Below, in pieces: positions 10,119-17,100 of a stretch of DNA of 28,795 nucleotides. This DNA comes from a virus. Lineage: Duplodnaviria; Caudoviricetes. The stretch spans positions 1 through 28,795 of IMG/VR virus record IMGVR_UViG_3300031949_000137; one strand, given 5' to 3'. The position numbers were made by a program, and so were the translations under genes. Under the pieces are notes generated by a model. The model searched no databases and had not been told where the DNA came from. It was given only the letters and a program-made list of their open reading frames with translations. Numbering within the stretch: position 1 is the first letter of the stretch; the number at the start of each line of letters is the position of its first letter.

Positions 10119-10885
10119 GCGGATGACTGTCCTGGTTTGACAGGAGGCAAGTTACCCGACTGTCGTTGCGTCGTGATGGCTTCTCGGGAGACCTCGATAT
10201 TGGGATCCTGGAGAGCACCTTCGGGGACATCGTAGGCCGAGAATGGTGCGTAGATGCTCTGACCCAGCTCAGCATGCTCACCCGTGTCTGGGGAGATGGC
10301 CCGGTAGGTAGGATCCGCAAGGAGCTGTCCGATCTGAGCGAAGGAGTTCTCTAGGGAGCCATCGACCTCGGCCGCTGCAACCAGCAACGAGAGCTGGTCA
10401 ACCTCTGCCTGGAGCTGATCGGCATAGTCCATTGCCCGTCGGATCTTTCGCTCCAAGTAGTCAAAGCGCCTAGAAATCGTCGAGTCAAAGGCTGTGCGTA
10501 ACAAACGTACCAGATCGCCAGAGTCGGCATCACTCAACCCTCTGGAGCCGATGGCCTCACCGTTGCTCATCTGGTTGGGTGGGGTGTTCTCATCCCCGGC
10601 CACAACGAAGACAGGATCGGATGAGAGCCGGGTTCTAAGGTCTACCCCGGGGTTGCCTCCCAACACCTCATAGGCAGCTAGGAGCTTGCCGAGATAGGAG
10701 TTGGGGTCTGACACGTATCCAACCGGGACACCCTTCGTGTAGCGGAACTGGATGATCCCGATCCGGTTCTTCTCCGCAGCTAAATGGGAAATCCTGTCCT
10801 GGATGAACGGCAACTGAGACTGGATAAAGGTCCGCAGGCGATCATACATCGCCTTGTTGAACGTACCGAGGAACTCGAAGCTCAC
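10115..10885 (-). CDS. Hypothetical protein with coiled-coil segments, probably virion-associated (256 aa)
   Basis: GTG start preceded by GAGGTAAGGA. ATGA overlap with the next gene. Heptad-like stretch YLERKIRRAMDYADQLQAEVDQL. Confidence 0.75.
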   Translation of the reverse strand: MSFEFLGTFNKAMYDRLRTFIQSQLPFIQDRISHLAAEKNRIGIIQFRYTKGVPVGYVSDPNSYLGKLLAAYEVLGGNPGVDLRTRLSSDPVFVVAGDENTPPNQMSNGEAIGSRGLSDADSGDLVRLLRTAFDSTISRRFDYLERKIRRAMDYADQLQAEVDQLSLLVAAAEVDGSLENSFAQIGQLLADPTYRAISPDTGEHAELGQSIYAPFSAYDVPEGALQDPNIEVSREAITTQRQSGNLPPVKPGQSSA

Positions 10886-10912
10886 GGATCCTTACCTCTA
10901 TTACATGGTGGC

Positions 10913-13138
10913 TCAAAAGATTATGTTGAACGCTGTCTCGAATGCCGTCACGTCGATTGCCACGTAGCCCAATGCGATGCCGGCGGAGTACCCCCCAGGC
11001 CGGTCTGGAGGCGGATTTCCCGCATTGTCCACGATGCTCACCCACTCATTGACGTTGCCTTGGATGCCCCCGACGTTGAGCACGTAGGCCCCAACCTGGA
11101 GGCTGTCGATGAAGTTGAGGAGTTGGATCAGGAACTCGATGAACCGCTCCATAGCGTCGATTTTCCGAATGAGTAGGTCGATAAACGCCTTGAGTTCGTC
11201 GATCACGCCTTGGAAAGCGGCAAGGAGCTTGCGAATAGCGTCCAGCAGATCGTAGATGAGCTGCCCAGACCACGGGATGATGTCCCGCAACGGTTGAATA
11301 CTGATCCAATTTGGAGGAACACCTGTCCCCCCAAAGTTGAGGACATACCGGATGGCAGCCAGAACATTCTTCCGGACAACCACATCCACATAGGCATCGA
11401 GGTATCTCTGGAAGCCATTCTGGTCCACATGACCGTCGGCATCTACCGCAGTCAAGTAGAAGACCGTGTTTTCCAGGTTGGTAGATTTCGAGGGATCAAG
11501 GAACTCGGCATCTGGGATCCCTGCTGGGAAAGACCCCTGCATGATGTCCCGGAAACCCACAAGGGCGTTCTCACCTGCCTCCAACATGGCTTGAGCAAAA
11601 GAGAGAGCGAGCCTGGAGGACTGCCGCTTCACAGTGAACGTCTGCCAGGGCATATCTAGGGCTTCTCCGGTGACCTCATTCTTCTCTTGAATGCTCTTGC
11701 CTGCTGCTTCCAGAGAAGCCAACTTCCCGACAATAGGGAAGGCTTGAAAGGCTGCTAGCTGACTAGCAATATTGGTGATTGACGACCGCCCAATCTGGAT
11801 CGGCGACGTGTCGTTGATCGGGTCACCGTTGTCGTTGAACTGAGCGTCCGGGTCGAGAGGGATGTGAAAGTCGAGAGAAAAGGCCAACTGGAACAAGCGA
11901 CGTAACTCCTCAATGACGTCGAAGTCCGGGATGGTCTTGGGGATGGTCACAGGAAGAATGGCCGTGGGTTTGCCCATGATGACGGGGTCATCCGAAGCCT
12001 TACTCGGCCAGATCATTGAGAAGCCGGCCGCCTCAGGATTCCTGCCCGCAGGGACGGCTTGAGCCCAGTTGATATAGGAGCTACTCGTTCCCTCGTTTGG
12101 AACATCCAGATCCCCGGAATAGGGTCTCACCCGGTAGTAATAGGTCTTCCCGATTTCGACATCAGTATCGATGTACCTGAACTTGCCAAGCTGACCGAGG
12201 ATACTTTCGATCTCCACTCCAGAAATGATGGTATACCGGTTGAACTTGATGAGTGGTTCTTCGTGATCGTCTTTCAGGATTGACTTGACCTTCAACCGCT
12301 TCCCAGGCTGTCCCTGCTGGGTAAACTCCGTCGTCAGGTCATACGTGATCGGCCCCGACAAAGTGGGATCCTTCATGGAAGTCAGGTTGACTGGGCTAAA
12401 CTCATTCCCTGACGAGACATCTAGGGGACGAGTCGGAGCGACATCCGTTCGCTCGACCAAGAACGAAGGCGGGATAAACTCCGCCGCCATCTTGGTCACC
12501 AGGTCGCTGAATCCTGGATCTGGGGTCTCCATGCTGGTTGGCAGAGTCCACGATAACTGGATAGCCTTGATCTCCGACGAGAAGATGGAGGCCACAGCGA
12601 GGATAGGATCTCCGGAGTCACCTACGGGCAACGCTTTGAAGTTGTTCGGTGCCTCGTAGCGGGGTGACGCGAAGTCCTTCCCGAAGAATCGTAACAACTG
12701 CTTGATCAACCGAAGCAAGCCGAAGACCGATTCATTCTCGACCACCAAGAGGATGAATCCGCTCTTAGTCGAACCCTGCCTGGGCTGGGGGCGGTTCAAA
12801 TCCTTCGAATCATACAAGGACTGTTTGAACCGGGACGTGAACGCTGATGTCCCTCCAAAGATTCGATCGAAGTTCGGATCCGTGATGGGATCCGGAATGT
12901 CGAAGTACCCAAAGAACCCTGAGACACGCAAGGCGTTGAGGAGTTCTTCGATGAGGGCCAGCAGAGCTTCTACCAGTGCCTTGATTGGATTCCCGAAGTC
13001 GGTGAGAAACGCTTTGATCGTCTCCAGCAATGCCTTCAGGATCTCCAGGTACACGAGTAGTGTCTCAAGGATATCCCGAGCTGGCTCCAGGAAATCCTTT
13101 CCTGGTACCTGGATGGTAAAGCTCTGCCAATCAGCCAC
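10913..13138 (-). CDS. Hypothetical structural protein (741 aa) with related N- and C-terminal helical modules and a central FnIII-like domain
   Basis: GTG start after GGAGG. FnIII-like strands IQLSWTLP...FLVER...YIDTDVEIGKTYYYRVRPY. Long amphipathic helices at both ends. Confidence 0.75.
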   Translation of the reverse strand: MADWQSFTIQVPGKDFLEPARDILETLLVYLEILKALLETIKAFLTDFGNPIKALVEALLALIEELLNALRVSGFFGYFDIPDPITDPNFDRIFGGTSAFTSRFKQSLYDSKDLNRPQPRQGSTKSGFILLVVENESVFGLLRLIKQLLRFFGKDFASPRYEAPNNFKALPVGDSGDPILAVASIFSSEIKAIQLSWTLPTSMETPDPGFSDLVTKMAAEFIPPSFLVERTDVAPTRPLDVSSGNEFSPVNLTSMKDPTLSGPITYDLTTEFTQQGQPGKRLKVKSILKDDHEEPLIKFNRYTIISGVEIESILGQLGKFRYIDTDVEIGKTYYYRVRPYSGDLDVPNEGTSSSYINWAQAVPAGRNPEAAGFSMIWPSKASDDPVIMGKPTAILPVTIPKTIPDFDVIEELRRLFQLAFSLDFHIPLDPDAQFNDNGDPINDTSPIQIGRSSITNIASQLAAFQAFPIVGKLASLEAAGKSIQEKNEVTGEALDMPWQTFTVKRQSSRLALSFAQAMLEAGENALVGFRDIMQGSFPAGIPDAEFLDPSKSTNLENTVFYLTAVDADGHVDQNGFQRYLDAYVDVVVRKNVLAAIRYVLNFGGTGVPPNWISIQPLRDIIPWSGQLIYDLLDAIRKLLAAFQGVIDELKAFIDLLIRKIDAMERFIEFLIQLLNFIDSLQVGAYVLNVGGIQGNVNEWVSIVDNAGNPPPDRPGGYSAGIALGYVAIDVTAFETAFNIIF

Positions 13139-13141
13139 AGC

Positions 13142-13321
13142 CTAGCCTCCATACTGAAGCTTGTTGAGCTTCTTCCGCAGTCGGTCCAGTTCCAACTCGG
13201 AAGCGGCCAAGGTTGCCTTGAGCATCTCCTTCATCTTCATGTTGATCCCAAAATCGTTCTTGTACTCCCAGGAAGGCTTCTTCACGTCGTCAGGCGGCTC
13301 GGTCTTGTCTTCCTCGGCCAT
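13142..13321 (-). CDS. Small coiled-coil protein (59 aa, MAEEDKTEPP...NKLQYGG)
   Basis: GGAGG Shine-Dalgarno upstream of the ATG at 13321. The longer 115-aa ORF-track version overlaps the HNH gene out of frame and its N-terminal part looks spurious. Confidence 0.65.
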   Translation of the reverse strand: MAEEDKTEPPDDVKKPSWEYKNDFGINMKMKEMLKATLAASELELDRLRKKLNKLQYGG

Positions 13322-14123
13322 TTCTTTCCTCCGTTCGTATGCGGTGACAGCAAGCGCATACCAAAACGCACTTGAGTAGTTCTTCTTTGATCCGTTCCTT
13401 CCGACACCCATACATCCGAGAGATGTCAGAGGTCTTCTGGCCCATAACATGATCAAAGTCCATTGCTTCTGGAGGGAAGGTCTTCCCACAGTCCGTGCAT
13501 GGGTCTGATTTGAGAGAGTTCAACCATGCTCGACGAGAGCTTGAAGAAACGTGGTGGTTAGCCCGAGTGCGGATACGATGGCAACACGCACACACCACAT
13601 CACATTTGCCAGCTTCAGCAGTGATAGTTGCCAGGCTGTATCCGCCACATGTTGAGTTAGCCACAGCAAACTTTTTCTCACCTCGAACATGGTCGAAGTC
13701 CATGGCACAAGGAGGGAACGACCCCCCACAGTCTTGACAAGGACGATCCTTCAGCGTCCGTACCAGGTCCCGCTCCAAGGCTTGCCTAGACTTACGGTAC
13801 TGCAAAAAATGGGCTTCCTTGTGAAGTCTCAAAGATCGCAGTTTATCTCGAATCTTCGCTCTACACCCTTCAGGGTCTCGGGCGTACCGTGCTAACCTGG
13901 AACCCTGAACTTTATCCTGATTCTCCTTGTTCCATCTTTGGATTGTGGCCTTTCGTGCTTTCTTGTTGGCCTCAAACCATTTACGCTGAGCCTTCTGTAT
14001 CGCCGCCTTCCCAGATGGTGTCTGATAGTACGCACGCATGTATGCCTTCCGACACTCGACACATTGGTTTCTGCCTTTTTGAAAGGAAACGTCTGTCAGG
14101 CTACAAGAACTACAAGTTTTCAT
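13290..14123 (-). CDS. Free-standing HNH endonuclease A with two tandem HNH/Zn modules (277 aa)
   Basis: N-terminal CxxC...CxxC, a basic helical linker, then two copies of LKxxPCxDCGxxFPPxAMDFDHVxGxK...KCxxVCACCHRIRT. Visibly AT-richer than its neighbours. Confidence 0.85.
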   Translation of the reverse strand: MKTCSSCSLTDVSFQKGRNQCVECRKAYMRAYYQTPSGKAAIQKAQRKWFEANKKARKATIQRWNKENQDKVQGSRLARYARDPEGCRAKIRDKLRSLRLHKEAHFLQYRKSRQALERDLVRTLKDRPCQDCGGSFPPCAMDFDHVRGEKKFAVANSTCGGYSLATITAEAGKCDVVCACCHRIRTRANHHVSSSSRRAWLNSLKSDPCTDCGKTFPPEAMDFDHVMGQKTSDISRMYGCRKERIKEELLKCVLVCACCHRIRTEERNGRGRQDRAA

Positions 14124-17100
14124 GTCATCAGAAGCTTCGTGAGGGACTTCAGGATATCCGCCTGGGCCTTGATCCTGTTAGCTATGGCCCGATCTCTCTT
14201 GACTATGATTCCAGTTTCTAGGTTAATTCTGGCGTCAATCCAAACGAAACGTTGATCGTAGAGCCTGTCTCCAGAAGACAAGATTGATTGAATGGTTCCT
14301 AGTGAGCCAGTGGAGCTGAGATCCAGGATACGCAGCCCCACAAGAGCGCTTCTTGTGTCCAAATCTGAGGTGAGCCAGCCCCGAGCAAAGGCCGAGGCAT
14401 CGGGAGCAACCGTCACAGGAGTCGTAACCAACGTCTCGAAAGTTGTCGTCGTGACGATGAACGTATCGATCGACTGGAGAATCGGGAAGAGATCCTGGAG
14501 GGTCAGCTTCGTGGCTCCGGTCGAACTCACGATCCGGTAGCTCACACCGACTGCCGTAGCAGGGAAGGTCGTCTCAATATCCAGGGTCGTGGTCGAAGTG
14601 ACCGTCTGGACCTTGTAGACTCCAGCGACAGATCCGGACCGAATGTAAACGAAATCCTCCGAGGTAACAGCAGAGAAGTCTGCCGAGAGATCCGTGAGTG
14701 TTGGTAGGCCGATGGTTGTCGAACCCGTGATTCCCGTCTCAACATCCGTGAAGACCGTGTCGTAGAACTGCTCGATGGCCTCTCGCTCGGCCAAAGGAGT
14801 CGTGTTTGTGTCAAGGACTCCAAGCTCGTTAGCCAGCTCCGAGAGAAGCTGGGCCTGAATGGATCCGGTGCCCCCAAAAGTGGCCAGGGCATCGTCAATA
14901 CGATAGCTCTGAAGGGAGAGAGAAGTTGAAAACGCCGGGGATACCGAGAGCGAAGTGGCCGCTACTGTCAACACTTGTCGGCGTTCCCCAGCCGATGGAC
15001 CTGTTGTGAGTACAACCGTGTGGCCTGGGAATACCCCTGCCGTGAGGAAGTTCGGCCCGGAGGTGTCATCCAAAGTCGAAGTCGTACTGGTGATATCCGC
15101 AGTGCTCGTCACCAAGCTCGCACTGGCCGCCACAGTGAAGGAAAATCCTGCGTCCGGCGTGAATGCTGGAGTCACGGTGATGATACTGCCAAGCACGGTC
15201 AGGATCCGATGATACGAGGATAAGGCGTTCGTCCCCGTTAAGATGCGGACGAGGTCGTAAGGCTTCACCGTAGCTGGGAAAATCGAGCTGGCCGTGAGGA
15301 TTGTTCCAGTTACATCCAGGCTGCCTGTATCCAGGTACGAAGCGGTTGTCACAAGTCGAAGTGTTCCAATGCCAGTCTGGATGATGCTCTGTTCGATTCC
15401 CAGATGTCCGAGCGGAGTACCATTCAAATCCGGAGCCTCGCTGTCGAGGTACGGGTTCAACAATGGGAGCCGTCGATCACCATCGTCATCTGTCATGAGG
15501 CCATCTAGGGCCGGGAAACGATCCGGAGCGACATCCGTCGGGTTGAGTTGTGCCGTGAGATCTAGGACTTCTCCAGCGGCCGGATTCTGGACGTAGAGAG
15601 CTGGGTCGATGGCTGGAACGGAGCCATCTAAGGGCGGGAATGGTGAGATGTGGGTGAGCTGTCCATCCTTGGCGTCTACTCCCACGTCTGTGCCCACCCG
15701 GTAGAATTTCCGGTACATCGTGTCCAACGTTGACAGGAAAACCGTGGCTCCGATAGGGATGCTGACACCGACCGGAGTCGTGAATGTGATAGTCTGCGGT
15801 GTCGGGCCAGAAGCCACAGACAGGATTGTCAGGGATGCCGTGTAGACCGTGGAGGTATCCGCAATCCTGACCTTCATCGTAGCAACGAAGGCCGTTCGCA
15901 GGAGATTCTCGTCTCCATCCACATAGTCCACGTAGATTGTCGAATCGGCCGCTGATGCTGGGCGAACTATCATCGCCCAAGGAGAGCGTCGCTGGACTCC
16001 AGAGACAACCGTCAGCTCCTTCGACTCGGTGTCGAGGATGGAATCACCGTCCTCCAGACCCGCCGGACCAACTGTCACGTTGTATCGACGCCTCCGGGTC
16101 GGGAAGAACCGGCTGGCCTTGGCTGGTAAGTAGACTGCCTGATACGTTCCGACGCTTGTCACCGAGAAGGGAGGGAAAGAAACCGTGTAAGGTGCGGGGG
16201 ATATCTTGAAGCGGTCGTCGATCTGGTTCGTCACCGTGACAAAGGTCGTTCGATCCGGATTATCGATGAGGCCATCGAACAAGAACCTCCCGTCTCGATC
16301 CCCAATGACCCGACCATCCATGTCCAGGAGAACGTCCTCCAAGTAGTTGATAGCGTCGTTGTAGAACTTGAGTGTGGCTCTAGCGACAATGTCCTCGTTC
16401 GCCAGATGCCCCTCCTGGAAGAACAGGGACTCCCGACCTTGTTCATAGAGCTTCGGAGAAGACAGATTCGAGAGAGTCGGCCCACCCGAGGGAATGCTCG
16501 ACTGTGCATCAAGAACGTACTGTGTAGCCAGCTCTCCACGGAAGGCAGTGAAGGTTTCAACCCTCCAGAAGAAGGTGTCCGGAACGTAGGTCGTGTAGTC
16601 GGCAACCAGAGTGGAGCCCAGTAAACCGTTGTCCTCGGTCGGAATGATCTGGAACGTGTAGGAAGCTCGCAGGGATTGTCCAGCCTGGGCAATCGTATAT
16701 CCCGTGTAAAGGATATCCCACGACTCGTCATCCTGGAGAGCCGTAGCAAATGTGACCGTGCCTGCATCCGTAATCTGGAAACCCGAGGGCTGCGACAGGA
16801 TTTCGCCCACTTGTCCCGAGACCCGCCGGAACACCGTGTAGGGCAGGGTCAGAATAGGGCTTCGAGATGTCTGAGCAGTCCTTGTTGTAGCTTCGAGAAT
16901 GTTCCGCACGGATCGCTTCACGATCGTGGTTGTCGGATACTCCCGGGCGGTGTTCGATGTCAGCACGACCTCCGTGAGGCCCGTGGTCTCATCGTACCTC
17001 GACCCATTCACCTGGTAGAAGTCTCGGAAGGTAGACCCACCATCGGTGAAGTGGATGATCTTCCCAGGCGTATAGATCGTGGAAAGATCCCCGATGAAAC

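Noticed and set aside
10886-10912. Kozak-like GCCACCATG followed by TAA TAG in a short spacer
   Set aside because: The context is a prokaryotic operon with Shine-Dalgarno sites and the ATG is immediately stopped, so this is probably coincidence.
13322-13489. 115-aa version of the small gene
   Set aside because: It overlaps the second HNH module out of frame. The Shine-Dalgarno supports the start at 13321.
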